Positions 38,278-51,223 of a DNA stretch of 64,000 bases are shown piece by piece (position 1 is the first letter of the stretch; every line of letters starts with the position of its first letter). Below the pieces are notes generated by a model. That model ran no database searches. It had not been told where the DNA came from and saw only the letters and a program-made list of their open reading frames with translations. The position numbers and the translations under genes were made by a program. Source of the DNA: Felis catus (Eukaryota); NCBI RefSeq assembly GCF_018350175.1, contig NC_058368.1:50593815-50657814 (forward strand). Reading direction: 5' to 3'.

Positions 38278-38481
38278 GGGGCATGTAGGTGGCCTGTTAG
38301 ACATCTGACTCCTGATATAGGCTTAGATTGTGATCTCTTAGTCGTGAGATCAAGTTCTGCTTCAGGGCTGAGCATGGAGCCTCCTTGGGGTTCTGAATCC
38401 CTCTCTCTCTGCCCCTCTCCCACTCATGCTGAGCCCCTATATATATATATATATCTTTCTCAAAATAAATAAACATGAAAG
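38278..38481 (+). mobile_element. Older Can-SINE
   Basis: TSD aagaata(g/c)agatgt. Confidence 0.88.
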
Positions 38482-38499
38482 AAGAATACAGATGTAAGT

Positions 38500-40610
38500 A
38501 TATATAAAGATAAAAATGATAAATATCAAGAAAATGACAAAAAATGTAATATAAATAAAATATTAACTAGTGGAAGGAGGAAGGAGAACACAATAAAAAT
38601 CATTTTGTCAATGTTCATAGTGGCTTTAGAAATAGAAGTTTAAATACATAAAATTATAGCTATAAAGTAATATTTAAAGTACAATAAAAATAGAAACATC
38701 CTGAATTAAAAACGGAAACATAACAGGTTAAGAAACTATATCATGTAATAAAACATGAAAAATAAAAGAAGCATTAAAAAAATTTAACATAATATATGAA
38801 GACTAACTGAAATAAGTATATCATATCGATTAATGTAAATGGGCTAAAACTCTTCCTTCTGAATAATAAAAGCCAAACCAAATATTTCCAAATATAGAAT
38901 ATTACTAGCTCCTAAGTCAGAAGGAGTCCAGAAAAGTTGAAAATGAAAAGATGAGCAAAAACAAACAAAACAGGCAAATATAAACACAAATAAGAACTGA
39001 GATCTTAATGCCAGATGAAATTGACAAAGTAATTTTATAATGATAAAGGGTACATTTTATGGTAAAAGTCAAATAATTATATAACTGTCTTTTTCAAATA
39101 AAATGAACATAAAAATGAAATCAGCTACAATTATAGAAATACAATGTGAAAATACTAATGATAGTAAAATCTAATTCACCTTTCTTGATCTATAAAAGTT
39201 TAAAAGATGAGAGACTTAAATAAAAAATATTTTCTGATAATTATGTAACTCTATATTCTAAAAACAAAAACATCTTTTCAAGTATCCATGGAACACTTAT
39301 AAAAATTGATTACACATACAACAACAATGCAAACAAACATCATTAAATTTTAATACTCAGTGATCACAAAGCAGGAGAAAGAACCCTCAAAAAATTGGAT
39401 GTAAAAATAAAGTGTAAGTTAGGATGCCTCGGTGGCTCAGTCGGTTAAGAATCCACCTCTTGATTTTAGCTCAGGTCATGATCTCATGGTCATAAGATCA
39501 GTCCCCATGTCAGGCTCCATGCTGAGCATGGAGCCTGCTTAAGATTCTCTCTCTCCCTCTCCCACTGACTCTTGTCTGGTCTCACTCTGTCTTCCTGTAA
39601 AAAATAAATAAATAAAAATAAATAAAGTATAAGTAAAAATAACCATAATAAAAAATCTCCCTATCAAAATATTTGAGAACAATTAAAAGCAGTGGTCAAA
39701 AAAAACATAGAAAAATCCACACATCAATTCATAGAATGAAAATCCATTAATTGTTGAACTAAAGAAATTAAGAAAATAACATAGCAAAGTATAAAAAAGC
39801 CTACAAAGAGGAGGAAAAGTAATAGGGATAACTAGCAGAAGTTTATCAATTATCATACAGAAAGATGGCAAAACCACTGAATAAATCACATGTGGATATT
39901 AGGAGAAAATATAATAAAAAAATAAAGAATTACCAAACTTTCTCGGGAAAAGGGTGAGAGGGCACGCATAATAAATAAGAAATAAGAATGCAGAAATAAC
40001 CTCATGTGGCTAGAACATTAAAATATTCCTACAAGATCATGTTGTTCAACTCTGCACAAATGCATTTGAAAATATACGTGAAATAGATAATTTTCTAGGA
40101 AATTATAACTTTCCAAGCTTGCACAAGATGATAAAGAAAATCTAAAAGAACAACGCTGTATGAGATGCGGAGATGCCACGGTCTCCTCATAGTGATGGGC
40201 TTGCTATTTTAACTCTTCTGGAGTGTATAAGAAGAAAGCTTTCTAATTATTATTTAATGAAATGATCATGAAAGTAATATTAAAACCCGAGAGAGATAGC
40301 CCCCAAAGAAAACTGTAGACAACTCTCAATAATAAACAAAGAATTTAGCAACAAGTATCAATTAATTGAAAGACATCAATTAATGAAAGAAGTTACACCA
40401 TGACCAGATGTGGTTTAGGAAATAAAATGCAAGGTTATTTGAATACTAGGAAATTTTTTTATCTAATTCACTGTGTTTACAATGTAAAAGAGAAAAATAA
40501 TTTCTTAATATGTTGCTAAGACATTTAGGAAAATCCAACATTCAATCTTAAAAACAAGCTGACCAAAAAGCCTCAATAAAATAGGACTGGCTTGGTACCT
40601 CCTAAACACG
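38500..40610 (+). mobile_element. Ancient L1M ORF2 region (endonuclease to RT), highly decayed
   Basis: A-rich; 'taatgtaaatgggctaaa', 'ttttcaagtatccatggaacacttataaaaattgat', 'caccatgaccagatgtggttt'. Confidence 0.7.
39421..39620 (+). mobile_element. Can-SINE
   Basis: TSD aaataaagt(g/a)taagt. Confidence 0.93.
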
Positions 40611-41779
40611 GTATGTGTGTGTGTGTGTCCTTTTCTCTCTCTCTCTTTCTCATTATTCCCACAGGGAAACACTGAAAGCTTCTAGAGGGGTTTATAGGTG
40701 TGGCCCAAGAAGGGAATGTCAAGGCAGAAAGAAACAAATGGTGGAAAAATGATTTGTGTATGTATATAACTTCAACACAAATAATACAAGATAGATCAGG
40801 TTTATCATGTCATGTACTAGTTGACTATGAATTCCATTATGGAAAATAAGCTAAAATTTATTCCTATTTTTGTATTGAAGTGGTGGGGTTTGTATAAGGA
40901 GAGACTTAATTAGATGAGGTGCTTGATGGGAGCACCTACATCATTTAGAAGAAAATGATGAGATAAATACAAAAGGTTACTAATTACTGGCAGAACTCTC
41001 TCTCCTATAATGCAGATTAAAAGCAATGATATACCATGAAATTGCTTTACACATCTGTCAAAAGCAAACTAAAATGATTATATCCTATTTCATGCTGTTT
41101 TGAACATTGAGGTTATTTTTTAAATTCTAGAATCATAATCTTATTGCCATGACAGCATGATACCAAGTTCCACTTTAATGTAATGGGGAAAATAAAGAAT
41201 AATATAAATGAGTTATCAAAAAAGAGAATTTTGTTCAGGTAATAAGATGAATTGGACAAGGATGAAAAGAGCTAAATAATAAAAATACAAGTGATGCCCT
41301 CATTCTGGTATCGTAAATTCACATACTGTCAGTATATGAGAATTCTTAGCATTGTGTGTCTGTTAGAAAGATGTCTCCTCCTAAGTAGTATATAAAGCAC
41401 ATTAACATCATGGTCACAGCTTAACAGTTTCATATGACTGAATACACCTTAGAAATAGTTAATATAACTATATACATGTTAAAAATAGTAAATATATATG
41501 AAATATTGTTTCTCCTTTAAAATTTCTATAGCACTAAATAATACTCTCCTAGGAAAAGCTCTGCTCCTAACTTATTTTCATCTAGAATTGGTGAACATAG
41601 AACTCTGTGAAATTACGACGGAATGGAAATAAATAAATTTGCTGAATTGTAAGAGATGCAGATTTGGTGCCAAATACAGAGTGCTGAAGTGGGAAAGGGA
41701 GCCCCCAGAGTATAGAATTGTACATCTGTATCTCCAAAGAGGGGTCAGTCCTTTTTCAATGATGGTCAGCAATGCATCA

Positions 41780-42450
41780 GTCAGAGGGAAACACAGGGCA
41801 TTCCAGGCAAAGTGAACAGAAGCATGGAGGGGTGAAATGGGGCTGGCTTCTTGTCATGGGTGCTACAAGCAGTTCTGTATGACTGGAGTAAAGAGTCCAA
41901 GAAATTATACAAAGATAAGACTGAGGAGTAGATATGAATATCAGGGCTTCTGGTGCAATACCAAGAATTATGAACTTCCTTCAGACTAAAATGTGCAATA
42001 AAATTTTTAAACAGAAGAAGATGTTGAAGGTCATTTTGGTGATGGTATGGAGAGTAGATGGGGGTATGAGAGTAGAGGGAAAATAACTTAGCAGGAAATC
42101 ATTCTAAGAGATGATGAACCCTTGAACTAAGACAATAGAAATAAAGATGCTGGGAAGACACAGATTATTTGTGATGCTGTGGATATAGAGTCTATAGAAC
42201 TTGGTAATTGAGGGGCAATTATGAGAGTATCTAAGATACAGATGAATAATCTAGATTTCTGTCTTTGATGATTGGGTGAATGTTGGTCTTTTCACTGAAA
42301 TAAGGAATGCAAGTAGGTTCTAGGGAAACATGGGTTTGTTTTTTTTTTTTGTTTGTTTGTTTGTTTTTAGAAGTAAGAAGAGAATGTGGGCATCCAGCAA
42401 AGCATTTGGAGCTCAATAAGAGATCAGGCTGAGAGAGAGAGATTCATGGA
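41780..42450 (-). mobile_element. L2 fragment
   Basis: 'gggcattccaggcaaagtgaacagaagcatggagg', 'tttggagctcaataagagatcaggctg'. Confidence 0.6.
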
Positions 42451-42599
42451 GTTGTTTTGTTTTGTTTTCCAGCGGTTGGGAGTTAACACAGAATTTATTA
42501 ATAAGTCTTTTAATGATAGGTGTTGGTGAACAGCATTATTACTTTGAACTCACAGAGTACCAAGATCATACTGGTCTAAATGCAAACTCTTTACTGTAT

Positions 42600-43050
42600 C
42601 TAGGATACCCTGATTAATATGCCCCATCTGTGTCTCCAACTTCATTTCTCCCAATTTTTCGTTTCTCACTCTGCTCCAGCGACAATAATATTTCTTCGGG
42701 TTTTCAAGCAATGTTTTTGGTAACAAAAATTTGTCCATTCCTTCTGCCTGAAATTTCCTGTCTTCCTACCCTCCTATCACCAACAAACAAACAAACTTAA
42801 CCCTTTCTCATCCTCTCAGATACTTTATTTGATATCACAATCTAATATAGTTTCCTCCACGCTATTATTTCAGTCCCTTATTTTTTCATAATCTTATTAC
42901 TTTATAAATACCTTTAAAATCTTTTTCCCACCTACCCAACCAGACAATAAACTGATGTCTTGTGTACTGTTTTATCTTGAAGTCCTCTAGCAGTGCTGGG
43001 CACATACAAGGAATTCAATAAATATTGTAGACTAGAAAAATGAAAAAACA
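42600..43050 (+). mobile_element. L2 3' fragment
   Basis: 'ccttctgcctgaaat', 'ctagcagtgctgggcacatacaaggaattcaataaatattg'. Confidence 0.6.
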
Positions 43051-43711
43051 GTCATGAATCTAATCATTATTGAGGGAAAAATAGTCCTTACAGATTATGA
43101 AATTATCTTGGCAGGATTTAGGTGTCTCTTTAGCAAGTATCTAAACTTCTCATTAGTACACCTCCATTTTTCTCTGTGCATACAGGCTGAACATACAGCC
43201 ATCGGCAAGACTGGGAAAAAGCCACTCTCTTTCCTAGGTTCAGATACTGGAATTGAGATTATGTAACCTTGAACTAACTGCTTAACTTCTATAAGCCACA
43301 ACCTCCTCATAATCACATATGGAAAATAATATCTATCCCATGGTTCTGTGCTACAGATTAAATGATAAAAGAATCCAATCCCTGTTGCAGAGATTTCCTC
43401 AGAGTACGCACTCAGGCAAAAGGACAATTATCATACTGCTCACACTCTTGAAGCAAAAACACCTGTCAAAACAGGTGACTGGGACTTTTATTTTTAACTA
43501 CAAAAAAATTTCCAATTTAGGCAAAATCAGAGAAAATATGTGATAAATCACATGTACCTATCAAGACTTCAACAAATATATCCGCTCATGATCAAGGTTA
43601 TTTCATCTATAACTCACCTACTTTACCTCTTTTACATTATTTGAAGTACCTCTCAAATATCAGATTATTTTATCCATGTTTCTATATATATGTTTAAAAA
43701 TATTTCATACT

Positions 43712-43934
43712 GGGGCACCTGGGTGGCTCAGTGGGTTGAGCGGCCGACTTCGGCTCAGGTCATGCATGATCTTGCGGTCCGTGGGTTCGAGCCCCGTGTC
43801 GGGCTCTGTGCTGATAGCTCAGGGCCTGGAGCCTGTTTCGGATTCTGTGTCTCCCTCTCTCTGACCCTTCCCCATTCATGCTGTCTCTCTCTGTCTCAAA
43901 AAAAATAAATAAATAAATGTTAAAAAAAATTAAA
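43712..43934 (+). mobile_element. SINEC_Fc (relatively young)
   Basis: CpGs retained; TSD aaaaatatttcatact. Confidence 0.96.
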
Positions 43935-43953
43935 AAAAATATTTCATACTTTT

Positions 43954-44165
43954 GGGGCACCTAGGTGGCTCAGTTGGTTAAGTGTCCAACATCGGCTCAG
44001 GTCATGATCTCATGATTTGTGTGTTCAAGCCCAGCGTCAGGCTCTGTGCTGACAGCTTGGAGCCTGGAGCCTATCTCAGATTCTGTGTCTCCCTCTCTGC
44101 CCTCCCCCACTTGTGTGCTCTCTCTCTCTCACAAAAATATTTTTAAACAAATTTTTAAAAAATAA
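43954..44165 (+). mobile_element. Can-SINE
   Basis: ggggcacctaggtggctcag head. Confidence 0.94.
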
Positions 44166-44171
44166 TAATTT

Positions 44172-44382
44172 TTTAAGGTCTTAAATGTTTTACTTAATTA
44201 TTTTTGTGAGGGAGACAGCATGAGCAGGGGTGGGGGGGGGTAGAGAGAGAGGGGGACAGAGGACTTGAAGTGGGCTCAGCACTGACAGCAGAGAGCCCAT
44301 GTGGTGCTCAAACTCAGGAGCCATGAGATCCTGATCTGAGCTGAAGTCAGACGCTCAGCCAACTGAGCCACCCAGGTGCCCC
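44172..44382 (-). mobile_element. Can-SINE
   Basis: Ends gagccacccaggtgcccc; TSD aataattttt. Confidence 0.93.
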
Positions 44383-44464
44383 AACAATAATTTTTAACAT
44401 TATCAAGTATTCAGTCAATATGGTCACTATTCAAATGTTCCCAGTGATGATACACATGCACTGC

Positions 44465-44755
44465 TAGTTGCTTCTGGGTGGAGAGCAAGCTTTCTTGAGA
44501 GGAGCAGTGGCCTTCAACTGAAGCACAAGTCCCCCTGATACAACCTTACAAGGAAGGAACCTGGGCTTTATGTAAATAATAGGGTAACCGTCCAACGCCC
44601 CTCTGATCTCCTGTGACAATTCCTCATTGGCTGAACCCAACTGGAGGCCAGAGGGCACGGAGACCTTGTTAATATAGTCAATGCAGGTCAACCACTCAAA
44701 GCTGAAAGGGGTGAAAAGTAGATCTGGAATGGTAAACAACAATTTCAGTATGTCA
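44465..44755 (-). mobile_element. Ancient ERVL-type LTR fragment (LTR33/LTR41-like)
   Basis: 'cattggctgaacccaactggaggccagagggca...agtagatctgga'. Confidence 0.55.
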
Positions 44756-45089
44756 GTGATCCATGCGATCTTTCCAGAATTTACACCACACACACACACG
44801 CACACGCATGCACACACACACACTCACAATTATTTTACTAAATAATTTTTACTAAAGTATTTACTAAAGTATTACTGTTTCATAACAACACTGTTCTGAA
44901 TCTGTACATTGACATAATGAAGGACTCAAGAGCACATGGATTAAAGCAGGTCAGAGGAAAAATTGGGAAGAAAGACCATGAGAGAGAGTTTGAAAAGTTA
45001 GAAAATAAACCATTTGCAATTCAGCTTCATCACCTCATTAACATGTGATTCCTTGCTACAGGCGACTAGATGACTGCTTTTGTTCTCTT

Positions 45090-45520
45090 TTTCCTTTCTC
45101 TGCTGTGAAGTCTGGAAACTGCAAATACTTGCTCATCCAGCTTCTCTTCCAGCTAGGCATGGCCACGTGACACAATTGTAGTCAGTGGGATGGAAGTAGC
45201 CGGCACTGGGAAAGAACTTTGGGAAACTTCTTAAACGGAGCAGACAACTCTAGCAGCATATTCTCTGACTTTCCCCCTTTCCTCCTTTATTCCCGCTGGC
45301 AGCGGGCACAATGCCTGAAGGGATGGCAAACACATCGCAAGCATTAGGGTGAAAACCACCCAGGGATGCTGGTAGAGCAGGAAGAACAGAGGAGCCTGTG
45401 CTGTGAATGACATCGTGGCAGCTTCACCACACTGAGGCTGCCACAGCTTCTTCTGAGGGAATAAGAGCCCTTATCCACTAAAACTGGTGGTAGGTCTACA
45501 TTCTGGCATTTGAAATACAA
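45090..45520 (+). mobile_element. Ancient MaLR/ERVL LTR (MLT1I/J- or LTR16-like)
   Basis: 'ccagcttctcttccagctaggcatggccacgtgacacaatt'. Confidence 0.55.
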
Positions 45521-46989
45521 ATCCTTCCCAGATTAGGTGCTAGCCGATTTTCTTACTTTTAACAAGAACTGTCCATCAGAAAGTTAGGCTGTTGGTGGGT
45601 AGCCAGAGGACACTGGGATGCCTCCTAGAGTTTTTTTTATTCCTCTGAGATTCTGTTGGTTGCTCATTCTAGCTACCAGAGTTTTTACTACGATAAGCAG
45701 TGTGAGGTAATATGGTTTATTCACTCTGGATTCGTTCACTGAGAGAAAGTTTGGGCTCAGAACCAGATGGTTCTGCCTCTAACAACAAATATAACTATAG
45801 TTATAATGATTAAAACAGGTATCTGAGTTTCTTCCCAAAGTCTAGAGAGCTAGTTCATCAAAGAGAACACATCAGTACAATTCTATGCCACTTAGGGAAG
45901 TAGAGTTTCATATATGAAAGCAAAAAAAAATCACCTTTTAAGACGAGCTTTCAGATGTCTTTTTTGCCATCCACTTTATGCTCTCCTGATTTTGCTCAGT
46001 AATGTTAAAGGTACACTTCAGCAATCCAAGGCACTCCATGGGCCCAATGAAGAGCAATTACAGATTTTTCTAATTTAGTGCCTCATGCCAAGAGCCATCC
46101 TCCATCTGATTAAAGATGGTCCTTAAAGAAGTGGGATGCATTTTATGCTTAATACTTTAAAAAAAAAATTAAAATGTTTTAAAGTTGCTCAATTCTTAAG
46201 GCTGAAAATTTCGTATCATTTTGTCACTTTTATTTGCATTATTCACATTACCATTTTCATCAATTTTCACATATCTATAACTCCTTTTTCATACCACTGT
46301 TTTCTTAAAAATAAAATGGCACAAGAGAAAATCAGTAAATACTTGATTATAGACCCAGCTCTTCAGTGATCACCTTGGCCAAAGTGTAGCTGGCCTTGGC
46401 AGGGGATCTTTAGGAATGTTGCTTCTGAGAGGCATAGAAGCAGCAGTCTGGCTGGGAAGGGGAGATGGAAAATTTACTGGCACAATCCCTCAGTACCTTA
46501 TGGTGTAGTTATTTTGGAGATTGGAGGAAGTGCTAAAGCCCTCCTCGTCTCCCTTTGCCCACCACTGACCCTCCGCATCTTTATTTCCTCATTTGTAAAT
46601 TGCAGAGGCTGGCGTAAATATAAGCATTTTAAAATTCCAGTTCTACCTTGGGCTCTCTATTATTTCCTAATTTTCATCACATTCCTACCACTTACATACT
46701 TTTGATTCCAACTTTTACTTTCCTCTGGCAAAGTCACTATCAGTCTTTCCCTGACACATATAATCTGTACTATGTCATTACTGTGCCAAAGTCATATGTT
46801 CCTCAAAGCTTTTTTTATCTCCTGAGATTACTCTAGGCCAATTATACATATTTTATTTTTCATGATGTTTGATGAGTTCCAGAGAAGCTTGTCACAGAAG
46901 TATACTGTGCAATGGCTCTGACATATGAAGGTGGCCTGATTTTCAGAAATGAAAAACTCATTGAAACTTGTAGATCACTAAGTAACAAA

Positions 46990-47230
46990 AATGAGCATTT
47001 TTTAAGCTTTTTTTAATGGACCAGAGACTGTTCCCAGGTGGTTTTACATATATTATCTAGCTTAATGTTTTCATTACAAGTATTCTACTCGGTAGATATT
47101 ATTCCCTTTTTCACAGGCGAGAAATCAGGGGCTTATTGGTTGCATATCTCATCTCAGTTGATATGCATAGTGAACAGAATCATCCTGATTCAAGCCCAGA
47201 TCTCCTGGATAGCCTGGAGCCAGGATCTCC
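46990..47230. mobile_element. MIR fragment
   Basis: 'ggtagatattattccctttttcacaggcgagaaatcaggg...gattcaagcccaga'. Confidence 0.6.
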
Positions 47231-47302
47231 AATAGCCATCTCTTCCAGTCACAGGATTGCATTGCCCGCTAGGCTCTACCACTTTTTAAATTCATGTAAC
47301 CA

Positions 47303-47757
47303 TGCCAAATTATGGAAAGAGCCTAAATGTCCATCAACTAATGAATGGATAAAAAAATTGTGGTTTATATACACAATGGAGTACTACATGGCAATGAGAA
47401 AGAATGAAATATGGCCCTTTGTAGCAACATGGATGGAACTGGAGAGTGTGATGCTAAGTGAAATAAGCCATACAGAAAAAGACAGATACCATATGGTTTC
47501 ACTCTTATGTGGATCCTGAGAAACTTAACAGAAACCCATGGGGGAGGCGAAGGAAAAAAAAAAAAAAAAGAGGTTAGAGTGGAAGAGAGCCAAAGCATAA
47601 GAGACTCTTAAAAACTGAGAACAAACTGAGAGCTGATGGGGGGTGGGAGGGAGGGGAGGGTGGGTGATGGGTATTGAGGAGGGCACCTTTTGGGATGAGC
47701 ACTGGGTGTTGTATGGAAACCAATTTGACAATAAACTTCATATATTGAAAAAAAAAT
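47303..47757 (+). mobile_element. Young feline L1, 5'-truncated (ORF2 C-terminus + 3'UTR + polyA)
   Basis: 'AKLWKEPKCPSTNEWIKKLWFIYTMEYY...SLLCGS*'; perfect 15-bp TSD aaattcatgtaacca (47288-47302/47758-47772). Confidence 0.97.
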
Positions 47758-48328
47758 AAATTCATGTAACCAGCTCTGCTCACTTTTCTCCTTACTAGAT
47801 CAAAACTCTAAACAGACACAGCATTAACCATCTACTCCTATACTTTATGACTATCCTACCAGAGAGTATACCATTTTTGAGATCAAGTCTTCACTCCATA
47901 GACAAAGTGTTTCCAAAAAAATCAAGGTGATAGTGTCCAAGTTCTCACTCTAACTTTGTGCTGTGATAAAGACCTCATGGCCCAGGGGCAGTGTGGATTG
48001 TAGCAGTGCTCACAGAGGCCTTAACAGGGAAAACAGTTTTATTATTGGATAGCTGATACAGAACAACAGACTATATACTCAGCATACTTCCTAGAAGTGA
48101 TTTAGGGTGACTTCACATGAAAATGAACAGATACAATAAATTGCAAAAAAGAACACAGAGCTAATTCTTAAAATAAGTATAAGAGGTTCCACATACCATA
48201 AGGGAAATGGGAACATGGAGAGAAAAGTTGTGAGAGAAAAGATTTAGAGAGAAATTGCTGTAAGAAAGAGTAAAGCTTAATCCAAACATCTCTGAAAGCC
48301 CAGCTGGACAAGAAAACCTGATGTGATA

Positions 48329-48465
48329 CAGCGACACTTCTCAAACTCGAATGTGCATGTGAATCGTCTGGAGATCTTGTTCAAATGCAGAATCTGATCC
48401 AGTAGAACTAGGGTGGGGCCAGAAACTGTGTGTTTAACAAGTTCCCGGATAATGCAGACTATAAA
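48329..48465. mobile_element. MER5A
   Basis: 'ttctcaaactcgaatgtgcatgtgaatc..ctggagatcttgttcaaatgcagaatctga...aacaagttccc'. Confidence 0.8.
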
Positions 48466-48644
48466 TAGAAAAGAGCTACATTCATAGTCCAATAACCAAA
48501 AACCTAACCTAACAAAACAAAAACAAAAACAAAAACAGAATTTTATTGTTTATCTGAATGGTATGGGTTGAATTATATTATTCCCCTCCCCCACCACATT
48601 CATGGTTAAAGTCCTAACCCCAAGTACCTCAGAATGTTACCAAA

Positions 48645-48872
48645 GGGGCGCCTAGGTGGCTCAGTTGGTTGAGCATCTGAATTCGGCTCAGGTCTTGATC
48701 TCGCAGTTAGTGAGTTCGAGCCCCACATCGGGCTGTGTGCTGACAGCTCAGAGCCTGGAGCCTGCTTCAGATTCTGTGTCTCCCTCTGTCTCTCTCTGCC
48801 CCTCTCCCACTCGTGTTCTGCCTCTCTCCCTCTCTCTCAAAAAAATAAACATTAAAAATATTTTTAAAAAAA
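48645..48872 (+). mobile_element. Can-SINE (SINEC_Fc)
   Basis: TSD tgttacca. Confidence 0.96.
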
Positions 48873-49114
48873 GATTGTTACCATATTTGAAAATAAGGTC
48901 ATTGCAGATGTAATTAGTTAAGTTTAGGTTATTAGGGTGGGGAAATTTGGACACAAAGATACACACACAGAGCAAACACCATAGGAAGATGAAGGCAAAG
49001 ATTGAAGTGATGCCTCGACAAGCTGAGGAATACCAAAAGTACCTAGTAAACCACCAAAAGCTAAGAAAGAGTATGGAATAGATTCCTAGGAGGCGCCAAC
49101 TCTGCTGACATCTT

Positions 49115-49553
49115 TTTGTTCTTTAACATTTTTTAAAATTTTGATTTCACTATAGTTCACACAAAAGGTTATGTTAGTTTCAGGCATACAACATAGTGAT
49201 TCTATAGTTTGTATGTTAGGCTCTGCTCACAAGTATAGCTGCTGTCTGTCACCATACAATGCTATTTCAGTCTCCGCTATTACAATATCATTGACTACAT
49301 TCCCCATTTTGTGCCTTTTCTTCCTGTGACTTATTCATTCCTTAACTTGAAAGCCTGTATCTCCTATTCCTCTTCACCCATTTTGCCCATCCCCCCAAAC
49401 CCCTCTCTTCTGGCAACTGTCAGTTTGTTCTCTGTATTTATAGGTCTGGTTCTGCCTTTTGTTTGAAAAAAATCCTAGAAGAGATAACACGGACAATAAT
49501 TTCTCCGACATCAGCCATAGCAACATTTTTCTAGATATGTCTCCCAAGGCGAG
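49115..49553 (-). mobile_element. Short twin-primed L1: 3'UTR (-) plus ~88-bp inverted ORF2 piece (+)
   Basis: TSD tgacatctt at 49106-49114 and 49554-49562; strand switch at ~49465. Confidence 0.88.
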
Positions 49554-50421
49554 TGACATCTTGATCTTGATCTTAGACTTCTAACACCTACAATTGTGTG
49601 ATAATAAATTTCTGTTGTTTAAGCCACCCAGTTTGTTGTATTTGTTACAGAAGCCCTAGCAAACTAATACAGAAAGAAAATATATCTTTGTAGAAGGAAT
49701 ATTGCACCACATGTTATCCTTGACTGACTTAATGAGAACATCCTAAAGTGTCCCTGAGCTGTGGATATTTTGTCCTCTCCTCCTCAGGCATAGCTTTCTC
49801 TTGCAATCATTAGCATGCTTTTACTTTTCTGAGCTAGTTTCTGGGATATTCAGTCATCTGGGCACCAAGAATGATCAATGAATGGTATTCTGTTCTTTCC
49901 TGCCTGAATAGACTACTGTTGTGGTTTTCTGGGACCCAAGAAGAAAATGAGGCTGAAAAAAAAACTTGTCTCCCCACAATTACTTCCCCCAATGATTTCG
50001 AGCATAAAGAGCTCACCAATTTTGTGTTCTTCAAGATATGTGTATGGATATCTAACAAAGTCTTAGAGCTTGATTTTTTACTCTACCCTTTTTTCTTCTC
50101 CTATCATCAGAGAAGCAGACTGTAGAACTCATGTGTCCTTAGCTGTCACTGCCATTTTCATGGTCCTGTAGTTTCTTTGCCACTCCTATCCAGTTACTTA
50201 GTATGATGTCTGACTATGACCGATGGAGCTGATATCCTGTCCATCATCAGATCTACTGTACCATATAGCTAGTATATACTTTGCTCTAATATGTGATTAG
50301 CATAGTTGTTTCTCTTTTAGATAGATCACACATATGGTTTACTGCCCTTTTAGAAAGAAACACCAATATTAACAGAAGACCTATCCTAATCTGGATTCAT
50401 ATTTGAAAATAGATGAAATAT

Positions 50422-50610
50422 GGGGCACATGGGTGGCTCAGTTGGTTAAGCATCCAACTTCATCTCAGGTCATGATATTGTGGTTCTGGAGTTTGAGCCC
50501 TGCATTGGACTCTGTGAGGATGGCTTAGAGCCTGGAGCATACTTTGGATTTGGTGTCTCCTTCTCTCTCTCTCTCTCAAAAAGAAATACACATAAAAAAA
50601 AGAAAAAAAA
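50422..50610 (+). mobile_element. Can-SINE
   Basis: 17-bp TSD gaaaatagatgaaatat. Confidence 0.95.
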
Positions 50611-50674
50611 GAAAATAGATGAAATATAATAGAATACCACATGAGTGAATGTTTCTATAAAGTGCCCAGGACCT

Positions 50675-51223
50675 TGTATCAAAGCAAAAATTGTATTACA
50701 CAATGTGAACAGTTGAGGAAGATTTTATTCAAGCCTATTGCAATAGAAGAGAGAGAACAGAACTTAGTCTGACCTCAACTCCACAGAAACAAAGAGCTGG
50801 AGAATTTTCTAGAACTGCCATGGAGGGATCATAGGATACCTATGTTTAGTAATTGTCCTTTGCAAAGGAAACCTAAACTTGCTCATATCTTCAGAACAAG
50901 AGTTAGTTTAACAACTTAGAGCAAGGAACCCTCAGAAATTAGGCTCCTCCCCTCCCACAGAGAATGGGAAAAGGGTACACTATGGTCCTTGATGGTTAAT
51001 TACAAAGGGACGACTCCCATGTCCGTGAGAAAGACAGTTCAGGGTTGTAAAATTGGCAAAAAACTTTTTTAAAGATTTACATTTCAAATAGAAAAATAAT
51101 TTACAATTACATGTTTTCTACCACAAATGCTCTAAGGAAAGGGAGGTCAAGACCTAAAGACAAAGAAAAGGCCTTGTCTAAAGTTTGGGCAGGCTGAGGG
51201 AAATGTTAACGCTGTCTCGGTCA
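50675..51223 (-). mobile_element. MER67/MER31-like ERV1 solo LTR
   Basis: TG...CA ends; 'ggaagattttattcaagcctattgcaatag', 'tgtctaaagtttgggcaggctgagggaaatgttaa..ggtca'. Confidence 0.75.

Larger units (their letters stand above)
43480..44440 (-). mobile_element. Old L1ME-type 3' fragment interrupted by three SINEs
   Basis: 'cattatttgaagtacctctcaaatatcagattattttatcc..aaatatttca' resuming 'aataatttttaacattatcaagtattcagtcaat'. Confidence 0.55.
48559..49671 (+). mobile_element. MLT1B/C-like MaLR LTR interrupted by a SINE and an L1
   Basis: 'tggtatgggttgaatt...acctcagaatgt|...ttgaaaataaggtcattgcagatgtaattag...aataaatttctgttgtttaagccaccc...ctaataca'. Confidence 0.85.

Noticed and set aside
47638..47672. 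G-quadruplex-forming G-tracts
   Set aside because: Standard polypurine tract of the L1 3'UTR, not locus-specific.
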